A stretch of DNA of 42,942 bases from the IMG/VR virus record IMGVR_UViG_3300045999_003241, positions 1 to 42,942 of that record. The stretch is one strand, 5' to 3'. This stretch comes from a virus (Duplodnaviria > Caudoviricetes). Position 1 is the stretch's first letter, and every line of letters starts with the position of its first letter. Shown here piece by piece: positions 35,001 to 42,942 of this stretch. The notes under the pieces are model-generated. The model ran no database searches. It was not told where the DNA came from and was given only the letters and a program-made list of their open reading frames with translations. Both the position numbers and the translations under genes were made by a program.

Positions 35001-38000
35001 ATGGTTTATTGGGGCGGCTGCCGATCTTTTCCAAGTTCCGTCTCGCCAGATTCGACCATACGTTAATGAGATAATTAAAAAATCATATAACGACATGGGA
35101 ACCGAGCGCGAGTTAGTGCCGACAAACACAGCATTAAAAGCAATTGCACAGAGTTTAAATTTATCCAATCCAGCACAGCCAACAGCACAGAAAAACGGTT
35201 TAACAGTCCCATACAAGAAGGGCAAAACAGGCGCAGAGACAGCACGCAACAAACTCGCCTATGAAAATCCATTCCTATCATTCTTGGCGACTCATGGCGT
35301 ATCTATTCAAGACCGTGCAGACGTTGGCGGTGAGAAGGGACGCGCTAAGTTGATACCTGGTCACGGTCCACTATTCAGAAAGAACGGTATTCGTTTGGAT
35401 GAATTGGCACAATTGGCACTCGAAAAAGGTTTTATCACGCAAGCGCAGATGGATAGCGAAACCGATAACGGCGGAGTAAATGCCTTGTCTGAAATGATCG
35501 GCAAAGCATTGCGTAATGAAGTCGTTACCGGTGTTAAAGATGTCATTGCAAACCGAGACATTGACCAAGAATTAATGCAAGAAGCGTCAAGCATCGGCAT
35601 TGATATTGCTGGTAAAAATTCTGATGAAGTGTATGATCTTGTGAAAGAGTATTACGACGAGAAGGCTTATCAAGAAGCGATTGATTTGCTTAATGAGTTA
35701 AATGAAGATGCTAAGATTTCATCGCAAGAAAACAATTTGCGAGAGCTAGATTTTGCAATTGAGGAATTAAATAATGCAGACGAAAATGACACCAGAAGCG
35801 AAAGCCAGACTAGCAGCACTGCCACGAGAGGAGAGGGACAAGCTACAAGCAGCAGTCAAAGCACTCCTGAAACTACCACCGAGCAAGCGCAAACAAGCGA
35901 TGCAGGCGGCGGGAATGAAAGTTTCAGATTAACAGGCGAAACCGCACAAGAAGCGCGGGATCGCATCGCACAGCAAGAACGCGAAGCGCAAGCACGCACC
36001 GAGGACGAAGCACGTTTAGCAGCAGCGGAACGTGATAGCACCGTCCAAAGAGAAATAGATAACCGTCAAGATGTGCTTGCAGATAGCTTTTCATTGACTG
36101 CCCAAGTCAACGATCAAGCGCAGCAAAAGAAAAACGACGATCAGACATTCCAGAATCAATTGGCGGGGCAGGCTGATATTTTCTCAAGCAATCCAAACGA
36201 AGCCGCAAAAGAACAAATCCAATCATCCGACTTAACGCCTGCTGAGAAGTTGGCAAACATTGCTGCGATCAATCGCGGTGATGTGTCGCCTGATGATGTT
36301 GCACAGGCTTTGGGAACCGAGCAGACTAGCGATGCTAAGCCTAATAAAATTGGCGATTTTGGCGAGAAGATAGGCGGGGCAAAGAAAGATGTTTGGTCTG
36401 GATTCAAAGACAAGATGGATACCGCGAAGGCGCTAGACATTACATCCGAACCATTATCTAAGTCATGGCCTGAACCTGATTACCAAGCATTGCTAGACAA
36501 TGGCGCTGATTCTTGGGCGGTTGGGTTTATGCACTCAGCACGCGATGCAGTACCACGTAAGCCGACTAAATCATACAAGCTAAAGGCATGGGCAGATGGT
36601 GTAAAAATACTGCGCAATTTTGCGGCAGACATAGCAGACGGTACGATTTCAACAGAAAAAGTTAAAGCGGAAATGCAGAGGTTGGCAGGTTTCCATTCTC
36701 CTTTCCATTGGGATGAATTATTAACTCGCATTGAACTGTATCAAGCAGTCGGACACTCTAAATCATTGGCAGATATTCGCATTAGTTCGGGCGAATACAA
36801 CATGCTAAACGGTGTTTTATACAATCCTGCAAAATTGATTTGGACGGTTGAAAAGAAAGCCGCTGCAACAGCATTTTCAAATTTCCCACAGCAACTTGCA
36901 CAAGGGGATACCAAGCAAGAAGCTATTGATGACTTCAAGGAAAAGTTTTCAAAGTTAGAGACAGCAAAGCCGGCATCAAAAGAAGTTAGCTTTGATGTGT
37001 ATTCAACTCAAGGGCAGGCAGGCTTTAAGGTTGGCAAGAAAGTAGGCCGCAATTTCATCGAGTTGGCGGGTCCATTTGATACCGTAAAAGAAGCGAGAGA
37101 GTACAAATCAAACAATCAAGATGCACTGCTTGAAAAGCTAGAAAAAACAAAGGAAATACCACGAGAACGCCGCGACATTAATAATCCTCGCGTTGGCGAA
37201 GATATGCGCAATGGTGAAGATGTAACGCCTGAAATGTTCAGTGATGCGTTTGGTTTCCGTGGTGTCGAGTTCGGCAACTACGTTGAACAAGGCAAGCGCC
37301 AATCTGATTTAAACGAAGCCTATGATGCGCTAATGGATATGGCGGCATTGCTTGGCGTACCTCCTAAGTCGATCTCTCTTAATGGGTCGCTTGGGCTGGC
37401 CTTTGGTGCGCGCGGCACTGGTGGCAAACTGGCAGCGGCCGCACATTACGAACGCGATAAAATAGTCATTAATCTGACAAAAAAATCAGGTTCAGGCAGT
37501 CTTGGGCATGAATGGTGGCACGCACTAGATAATTATTTTAGCCGCTTAGCCAAGAATCCAAGCGATATGATGACCGATCGCACAGATGTTTCATTGGCTA
37601 GTCGTGAATCAAAGTATATCTATCGTGATGAAGGTGTGCGCAAAGAAATGATTGATGCGTTTGGATCAGTCATGCGGTCTATTCGATTGACAGCGATTAA
37701 AGCCAGGTCATCAAAACTAGATGCGAAGCGTACAAAAGAGTATTGGACCACTGACGTTGAAATGTCTGCGCGCGCGTTTGAGTCTTACTTAATATCCAAA
37801 CTTCAAGATAACAATGCGTCAAATGATTATCTAGCAAATATCGTTGATCCTGATACGTGGGCGGCGGCTGAAAAATTGGGATTTGAATTAGATGATTCTT
37901 ACCCATACCCGACAGCAGGGGAAATTCCTGCTATTCGTGCAGGCTTTGATAAATTCTTTTCCGTCATTGAAAGTAAAGAAACTGATAAAGGCGTTGCGCT

Positions 38001-41000
38001 TTACAGCAAATCAAATGCAAATGAAACCAACACCGACAATGGCCTAGGCGATGTAAAAATAGTCCCTGCGGTTATCGTAGAGAAGAATGTAAAGGCTATT
38101 CTCGCAGAAGAAGGCGCGGTTCAAGTTAATGTCTCAGGGGGGAATGTAGATGTACTCAAGCAAATTGCTGAACGGTTTGGTAAAAAGATCGTATTCTTCC
38201 GAAACGTGGAAACTGATCGACCACAGAACAAGGGAATGGGCTTATCCACTGGAAGCACTCAATCTAACGCCGACACAAATGAAGGAAGCGACAGCGCACA
38301 GGGCGAGAATGGAAGCGATGAAATTACAAACGGATTCGTCACACCAAGACAGCCTAAACTTGTGTTTCTCAACATTGATGGGGCAAATCCCCTAACGTTC
38401 ATTTTAGGTCATGAATTAGGGCACTCATTAAAAATAGATGATCCTAAGTTGTGGGCTGAAATGACTGTTCAATTGCAGCCGCTTGTCCGAAAGTTTGGCA
38501 AGTATCGCGCAGATTACGGGCAAGGATTAGCCAAAGACGTTGATGTCTTGGAAGAGCTTGTAAGCGATGTTATTGGCGATAACTTCCTAAATAACGACTT
38601 CTGGCAGGACATGGCGAAGCAAAGCCAATCACTGTTCAAGCGTATCGCTGACAAGGCTATTGCACTACTCAATAAGTCAATCCGTTTAATGGTCGGGCGT
38701 GATGTGTCTATCTTCATTTCAGACATGGAAAAGGCACGTTCTATCATTGCGGGAACAATGGCTAAGTATGCCGAAGGTGCGGCGAAGGGGCGGTATGAGT
38801 CTATTGTCAATGGTACGGCACAGCGCCAAACCGATACGGCAGAGTTTAAAAAATGGTTTGGCGATTCTAAAGTGGTTGATGCTGATGGTAAGCCGCTGGT
38901 TGTTTATCATGGAACAAGTGCTGATTTTAATGAATTTTCACTGTCCAATGGTGGTGCTAAAGGAATGACGCAAGGAACGGGGTTCTATTTTGCATCTAGC
39001 GGTGAAAGAGCATCAATGTATGCTGGTGATAGTGGAAGCGTTATGCCTGTTTATTTGAATGCAAATAATCCGTTCCAATGGGGGGCTGAAAATCTAAACT
39101 TGGATGCGTTGATTTCTGGTGTTATGCCAGATTCAATTAAGGCATTAGTTAGAAGGGAGGCAGGAATCCCGTTTGTTAAGAATGATGCGGCCTATCCAGA
39201 TGAAAAGATAGCGAGAATTTTTTCTGATGCAGTAACAACTGTTTTGCAAAAAAAGGGTTTTGATTCGATTATTGCCAATAGAGGATTAGGCAGTAAAACC
39301 TTTATAGTTTTCTCTCCAAATCAAATCAAATCCGCAACAGGCAATAACGGCAAGTTTGACGGTGGCAATTCGGATATTCGCTACAGCAAATCGAAAACAG
39401 GCGCAGCCAATCCGCACTCATGGGATTCGCCAGAACAAACAAAGTTCGATGACTTGCTTTACAAGTTCCAAGACAAGCACATCGACACTAAGCGCGTCAT
39501 TGATGCGATCGACAAGAATATTTCCGATGATCTGAATGTGTACGAGAAAGAAGAAGCGTTTCACAATCGCGCAGCATCACGAACAAAGGAATTTATCAAT
39601 AAAGAACAGCGCCCATTGCTTGATGCGATGCGCGAGCTTGATATTGATATGCCGACACTTGAAGAATACTTGCACGCGAGAACAGCAGAAGAAACAAATA
39701 TTCTGATTGCTTGGCGTAATCGTGATACTGGAATCTTGCAAGATGGCGGTTCTGGTATGAAAACAGCCGATGCAAGAAAGTATCTTTCAAGCCTGGCACC
39801 AGCACAGCGCAAGAACTTGGAAGCCATTGCAGCTAAGGTTGATGCGATCGTTGAAGGCACTCGTCAAATGTATGTTGATTACGGCTTAGAGTCAAAGAGT
39901 ACGGTTGACGGTTGGCGCGATATGTTCGATCACTATGTTCCTTTGATGCGCGAACAGGATAGTGATGTTCAAGGAATGGGCGCAGGTCAAGGCTTTAGTG
40001 TTAAAGGTAAAGAAGTTAAAGGTCGCACAGGTTCTACCCGTAAAGTCGTGGATATTTTTGCCAATATCGCTATGCAGCGCGAGAAGGTGATTGTTCGTGG
40101 TGAGAAAAACAAAGTTGCTTTGTCCCTATTGGGCTTGGCGAGTGCTAATCCTAATCCTGAATTTTGGAGTGTCGATAAGCCAGAAACAAAGCGTGTTTAT
40201 AATCCTGATACTGATTCAGTCGTTGAGCAGGCTGATCCATTATTCAAGTCTCGCGCAAATGTAATCGTTGCGAAAGTCAAAGACAGCAAAGGCAAGATTG
40301 AAGAAAAAGCCGTTATCTTTAACGAGGATAACGCACGCGCAATGCGCATGTCAGAAGCATTGAAGAACTTAGACACTGTTCAAATGAATGGTTTCATGGG
40401 CGGCATGGCGAAGATTACGCGCTACTTCTCTGCAATCAATACTCAATACAATCCGATTTTTGGCGTGGTCAACTTCATGCGCGATTTCCAAGGCGCGATG
40501 ATTAACTTAACCAGCACGCCGTTAAGCAATCACAAGGCAGAAGTGGCAAAACATACGCTGTCTGCTTTGAAAGCGATTTACTTGGATGAGCGTGCAGGTA
40601 GAAAAGGAAAAGAGAACAATTCAGAAATGGCGGCATTGTGGCGCGAGTTTGAATTAGAAGGCGGTCCAACTGGCTACCGCGATATGTTCGCCAATAGTCA
40701 AGATCGTGCAGATGCCATTGAAAAAGAATTGAATCCGACTAAATGGATGGATAGTCCATTGGGCAAAGTCTTTACTGCAAACGGTATGCTGAAAGTCCCA
40801 ATGGCACAGGCGCAAAAACAAGCATCTGGCATGTTTGGAGTGCTTAACGACTACAACAACGCAATGGAAAATGCTATTCGTTTGGCTGCGTATAAGGTTG
40901 CCAAAGACAAGAATTTTGGTAATTTAAGCAACCAAAAAGCAGCAAGCCTAGCGAAGAATCTAACCGTCAACTTCAATCGTAAGGGGCAAGTTGCGCAGCA

Positions 41001-42096
41001 GGTAGGCGCGTTATACGCTTTCTTTAATGCATCTATGCAGGGTTCAGCGCGACTCAGTAAGACACTATTCACAATCGAGAATGGCGATGTCAATACAATC
41101 CGTTTAAGCAGTACCGGCAAGAAGATTGTTTATGGTGGTGTCATGCTTGGCGTGGTTCAAGCCTTAATGCTTTCTGCTGCTGGATTTGATGATGAAGAAC
41201 CGCCTGAATTTGTGCGTGAACGTAGCTTGATTATTCCGACCGGTGGGAAGTCGTACATAACAGTACCAATGCCGCTTGGCTTGCACGTCCTCCCTAACTT
41301 GGGGCGCATACCAACTGAGTTTGCTTTAGGTGGATTTAAACAACCAGCGAAAAAGTTGGTTCATTTGATGGGCTTAACTGTTGGCGCATTTAATCCAACT
41401 GGCGGCGGTGCATCGTTATTGCAAGCGGTTTCACCAACGGCAATTGATCCTCTTGCAGCTCTTTCGGAAAACAAAGATTGGACCGGCAAGCCAATTGCCA
41501 AGGAATCGCACAATCAAGCGTTACCAGGTCATGCATTGACAAAAGACACGGCAAGCTATGTATCAAAGGTGCTTTCTGAGGGAATCAATTATATGTCTGG
41601 TGGCACCCAATACACAGCAGGCGTATTAAGTCCGACACCGGACCAGATTGATTATATCTTTGGTCAAGTAACGGGCGGCGTAGGTAGAGAAGCGATTAAA
41701 GCACAGCAATCAATATCGACTGTATTCACTGGCGAAGATTTACCAATCAATAAAATTCCATTGGTGGGCAGGTTCTACGGAAATACAGAATCACAGTCAT
41801 CACAAGCGAATCGTTTTTATACAAATCTGAATCTCTTGAATGAGCATGAGACAGAGATCAAGGGAATGATGAAGGATCGCAAAGGCTTAGAAATTGCGCG
41901 ATACATGAGAGAAAATCCAGAAGCGCGAATGTACGAAGCTGCAAACAAAGTTGAGCGAGATATTCAGAAATTGCGACAGCAAAAACGCGACTTACTGAAA
42001 GCCGATGCGGATCCTGCGCGAATCAAGATGATCGACAATCAAATCAAAATGCGGATGACTCGATTTAATGAAACATTAGACTCAGTTAGCAAGTAA
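32023..42096 (+). CDS. Giant polyvalent internal virion protein (LPD5-like, LPD1/zincin, second zincin, ART-PolyVal-like, LPD38-like)
   Basis: DFGEKIGGAKKD; RGVEFGNY...HEWWH...EMSARAFE; HELGH; WFGDSKVVD...YHGT...QIKSATGNNGKFD; NFNRKG...FFNASMQG C-terminal region. Confidence 0.88.
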   Translation: MSFIDFDSPKKPKGFIDFSQPIEPKAAPQSRNAFAVANDTIIEFANAAASVVGAIGDFVSPGNRVSESIKEFTQYGEEKQSDIVKAGKQSFRSNLEESNGISDDLSAVWSYLKENPLQAAAQAGGSFAGPGLITSGTRLALGAAGATAKVATNTARVAGVVTGGAAGGGDAAGDAYSLVSQTPDNILLKNKEVAELYANGMSMEDIRHKVATTAARQASILPALAGGLSGAFGAEKLLAGSAAKRGIGAALKVGGVEGAGEAFEEGLAQFEGQRAAQEYDPSIVPTKNVMAMAAMGGIMGFGTGAGIHAATNKPEEKIEPPKNIMDQTDIDSVINAAENSINQAPIQQRESTPIDDPMRLEVINQLPESVRDTAIRAYNLIIDDATPKGLKKFNQRLLDDILEQAASEMQATTAPIVESTIEPPKELEPFEQIKQLQSKVSDLEANNPFEQDHMDSIAELEAAVANFTLSKIESGEMPVFSNNGIVTVVTPSAKQEGLFQVTRYNKNGIFGDTEYASIAEAVDKEGLAYIAPLGNDEANTVLTKVLDAESSFQSRLAEQKQVESNRVLADIETTDNRVAFEQEKSRVNQRNAIIDSILSSDAAVGMRPAQIADMVKVSMAEQGYANPVLNDSEFARIKRFNDIAKAEPVAETIDESNLEGQAPSSNLSELVPERKIDSSKSNVIATALPADLISAAQESETNKDFWKALTARKVPLGAERNALMAAYKELKKNIEAAPSNPTVTNEAEIAKTVAPESKQEVAPTAIPATVTGVTPTEITKSAIQNSASSVTATEIPNSASTISTTAIPKTEIASSATSIAPTTIPASASSVAPTAIPETTMRDNGTLSIKGETKALQTQLKEAGIPSIPSNDGVTVGAKNVEKAQAFIASMETSSDDNSSTPKIEVYEGKGLIKGKYMASIDGDTVPNGPFNTQIEAQDAATNWIASKEKASQANKLERELKDSYITALRNGESLNSKQIESLNLRDGYSDMRWFIGAAADLFQVPSRQIRPYVNEIIKKSYNDMGTERELVPTNTALKAIAQSLNLSNPAQPTAQKNGLTVPYKKGKTGAETARNKLAYENPFLSFLATHGVSIQDRADVGGEKGRAKLIPGHGPLFRKNGIRLDELAQLALEKGFITQAQMDSETDNGGVNALSEMIGKALRNEVVTGVKDVIANRDIDQELMQEASSIGIDIAGKNSDEVYDLVKEYYDEKAYQEAIDLLNELNEDAKISSQENNLRELDFAIEELNNADENDTRSESQTSSTATRGEGQATSSSQSTPETTTEQAQTSDAGGGNESFRLTGETAQEARDRIAQQEREAQARTEDEARLAAAERDSTVQREIDNRQDVLADSFSLTAQVNDQAQQKKNDDQTFQNQLAGQADIFSSNPNEAAKEQIQSSDLTPAEKLANIAAINRGDVSPDDVAQALGTEQTSDAKPNKIGDFGEKIGGAKKDVWSGFKDKMDTAKALDITSEPLSKSWPEPDYQALLDNGADSWAVGFMHSARDAVPRKPTKSYKLKAWADGVKILRNFAADIADGTISTEKVKAEMQRLAGFHSPFHWDELLTRIELYQAVGHSKSLADIRISSGEYNMLNGVLYNPAKLIWTVEKKAAATAFSNFPQQLAQGDTKQEAIDDFKEKFSKLETAKPASKEVSFDVYSTQGQAGFKVGKKVGRNFIELAGPFDTVKEAREYKSNNQDALLEKLEKTKEIPRERRDINNPRVGEDMRNGEDVTPEMFSDAFGFRGVEFGNYVEQGKRQSDLNEAYDALMDMAALLGVPPKSISLNGSLGLAFGARGTGGKLAAAAHYERDKIVINLTKKSGSGSLGHEWWHALDNYFSRLAKNPSDMMTDRTDVSLASRESKYIYRDEGVRKEMIDAFGSVMRSIRLTAIKARSSKLDAKRTKEYWTTDVEMSARAFESYLISKLQDNNASNDYLANIVDPDTWAAAEKLGFELDDSYPYPTAGEIPAIRAGFDKFFSVIESKETDKGVALYSKSNANETNTDNGLGDVKIVPAVIVEKNVKAILAEEGAVQVNVSGGNVDVLKQIAERFGKKIVFFRNVETDRPQNKGMGLSTGSTQSNADTNEGSDSAQGENGSDEITNGFVTPRQPKLVFLNIDGANPLTFILGHELGHSLKIDDPKLWAEMTVQLQPLVRKFGKYRADYGQGLAKDVDVLEELVSDVIGDNFLNNDFWQDMAKQSQSLFKRIADKAIALLNKSIRLMVGRDVSIFISDMEKARSIIAGTMAKYAEGAAKGRYESIVNGTAQRQTDTAEFKKWFGDSKVVDADGKPLVVYHGTSADFNEFSLSNGGAKGMTQGTGFYFASSGERASMYAGDSGSVMPVYLNANNPFQWGAENLNLDALISGVMPDSIKALVRREAGIPFVKNDAAYPDEKIARIFSDAVTTVLQKKGFDSIIANRGLGSKTFIVFSPNQIKSATGNNGKFDGGNSDIRYSKSKTGAANPHSWDSPEQTKFDDLLYKFQDKHIDTKRVIDAIDKNISDDLNVYEKEEAFHNRAASRTKEFINKEQRPLLDAMRELDIDMPTLEEYLHARTAEETNILIAWRNRDTGILQDGGSGMKTADARKYLSSLAPAQRKNLEAIAAKVDAIVEGTRQMYVDYGLESKSTVDGWRDMFDHYVPLMREQDSDVQGMGAGQGFSVKGKEVKGRTGSTRKVVDIFANIAMQREKVIVRGEKNKVALSLLGLASANPNPEFWSVDKPETKRVYNPDTDSVVEQADPLFKSRANVIVAKVKDSKGKIEEKAVIFNEDNARAMRMSEALKNLDTVQMNGFMGGMAKITRYFSAINTQYNPIFGVVNFMRDFQGAMINLTSTPLSNHKAEVAKHTLSALKAIYLDERAGRKGKENNSEMAALWREFELEGGPTGYRDMFANSQDRADAIEKELNPTKWMDSPLGKVFTANGMLKVPMAQAQKQASGMFGVLNDYNNAMENAIRLAAYKVAKDKNFGNLSNQKAASLAKNLTVNFNRKGQVAQQVGALYAFFNASMQGSARLSKTLFTIENGDVNTIRLSSTGKKIVYGGVMLGVVQALMLSAAGFDDEEPPEFVRERSLIIPTGGKSYITVPMPLGLHVLPNLGRIPTEFALGGFKQPAKKLVHLMGLTVGAFNPTGGGASLLQAVSPTAIDPLAALSENKDWTGKPIAKESHNQALPGHALTKDTASYVSKVLSEGINYMSGGTQYTAGVLSPTPDQIDYIFGQVTGGVGREAIKAQQSISTVFTGEDLPINKIPLVGRFYGNTESQSSQANRFYTNLNLLNEHETEIKGMMKDRKGLEIARYMRENPEARMYEAANKVERDIQKLRQQKRDLLKADADPARIKMIDNQIKMRMTRFNETLDSVSK
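35774..35932 (+). CDS. Candidate overprinted 52-aa helical protein (+1 frame) inside the giant protein
   Basis: GAGGA SD 8 nt before ATG; MQTKMTPEAKARLAALPREERDKLQAAVKALLKLPPSKRKQAMQAAGMKVSD. Confidence 0.6.
   Translation: MQTKMTPEAKARLAALPREERDKLQAAVKALLKLPPSKRKQAMQAAGMKVSD
38150..38395 (+). CDS. Second candidate overprinted ORF (+1 frame, 81 aa)
   Basis: G-rich SD; its protein-like core coincides with a G/S/N-rich insertion in the host frame. Confidence 0.35.
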   Translation: MYSSKLLNGLVKRSYSSETWKLIDHRTREWAYPLEALNLTPTQMKEATAHRARMEAMKLQTDSSHQDSLNLCFSTLMGQIP

Positions 42097-42243
42097 AAAT
42101 TTGATGCCATAGTAAAGCAATGTGATGACCGAGCAGGCCCACATTGCCGCCCAAGTCAACGCCAGTAGAACTTTTGTAAGTTCTTCTGGTGCATAATAAA
42201 TGTAAGCATAAAACAATGCGAAAACGACTATAAGCGCAGCCAT
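42082..42243 (-). CDS. Small 2-TM membrane protein, 53 aa, antisense to the late operon
   Basis: MAALIVVFALFYAYIYYAPEELTKVLLALTWAAMWACSVITLLYYGIKFLLAN; AGGT SD; overlaps the giant gene's 3' end by 15 nt. Confidence 0.6.
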   Translation of the reverse strand: MAALIVVFALFYAYIYYAPEELTKVLLALTWAAMWACSVITLLYYGIKFLLAN

Positions 42244-42276
42244 TGGATAACCTAAATTAAAGACGAAGGGATGACT

Positions 42277-42372
42277 ATGAAATTTTCTAATATCGGTGGC
42301 GACATGCCAAAAAAACCGCCAACAAAACCGACACCAGGTAATGCAAAAACGCCTGCAAAACGGAAATGCTAA
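42277..42372 (+). CDS. Short Lys/Pro-rich peptide, 31 aa
   Basis: GAAGGG SD; MKFSNIGGDMPKKPPTKPTPGNAKTPAKRKC; stop overlaps the next start. Confidence 0.5.
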   Translation: MKFSNIGGDMPKKPPTKPTPGNAKTPAKRKC

Positions 42373-42809
42373 GTCGTTTTAAATTACTAGCAATCTTGGT
42401 TTTATTTCAGGTTGCTAGTTCCTTTATTTTGTCTCGCTTACCGAATGGGGATTATTTCCACTTCACTATTCTAGGCGAGGAATTATCAATTAGCCCAATC
42501 ATATATTTTTATGTTGCAGGGGCGTTTTCATTCGCGATACTTCCAATAATTGCGGCAGTCGGAAAAGATCAATTGGTCATCGATATTCTAGGGCTGGCAT
42601 TGATTATGCTTGTTTTTCAGTTCATCGGTTTAATTGTTTATAAGTTTGATCTACTTGCCGAGTTTTATCAATGGCCAATTCGTGGCCTAGTTATGCTGCA
42701 ATTTATTAGGCTGCTAATCGTGAAGGAAAAAGATGGGCTGGATAGACATACTAATTTCGTGCATCTATTTTGTAGCCCTAATTTTAAACGGGGTGGCGAT
42801 CTATGCTAA
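42366..42809 (+). CDS. 4-TM membrane protein upstream of the holin
   Basis: Four hydrophobic segments. Confidence 0.75.
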   Translation: MLSRFKLLAILVLFQVASSFILSRLPNGDYFHFTILGEELSISPIIYFYVAGAFSFAILPIIAAVGKDQLVIDILGLALIMLVFQFIGLIVYKFDLLAEFYQWPIRGLVMLQFIRLLIVKEKDGLDRHTNFVHLFCSPNFKRGGDLC

Positions 42810-42942
42810 GTGTAAACAACGCAAGCGCGAAAGAGCTGGCAAGCGAAATAGCAAGTCGGGCGGTGGAGAGTAAAGTTGTTGCTGCTGCGGTGGCTGGCTC
42901 GACTGCCGCACTCGGTATGTCAGATATTCAATCGTATGCGCA
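42803..42942 (+). CDS. Putative holin, truncated by the window edge
   Basis: GGGGTGG SD; MLSVNNAS...KVVAAAVAGSTAALGMSDIQSYA; position after the virion genes. Confidence 0.5.
   Translation, partial: MLSVNNASAKELASEIASRAVESKVVAAAVAGSTAALGMSDIQSYA

Noticed and set aside
38699-38968. +1-frame 89-aa ORF over the ART domain
   Set aside because: Overlaps strongly constrained main-frame motifs; composition typical of a frame shadow.

Overview
The whole window is one continuous segment of a temperate, lambdoid-regulated, podovirus-type (P22/T7-like head and short tail) phage or prophage. From left to right it holds: an ORF-poor, highly structured pL leader; the immunity region (small membrane gene, cI-type S24 repressor, cro, TAGC-N4-GCTA operators, pL/pR/PRM); a putative RHH regulator, ninB, ninG and an SNF2-helicase/DNA-methyltransferase fusion; a DUF1376 initiator with internal iterons and a DnaB helicase; small accessory genes, a terminator and a probable late promoter; terS/terL, portal, scaffold, capsid, adaptor, nozzle and tail fibre; a set of ejection proteins, including a 57 x 11-aa repeat protein and a 3357-aa polyvalent protein; and the start of the lysis region. 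No integrase, tRNA, CRISPR array or IS is visible. The most unusual signals are: (1) small +1-frame genes apparently overprinted in the linkers of the giant polyvalent protein; (2) a GL[IL][ND] motif shared by the ejection proteins; (3) the hierarchical Q/N-rich hendecad protein; (4) a peptide + 4-TM protein + holin cassette with identical gene junctions; (5) apparently leaderless cI, cro and terS; and (6) an oop-like antisense RNA. All calls come from reading motifs by eye; no database search was run.
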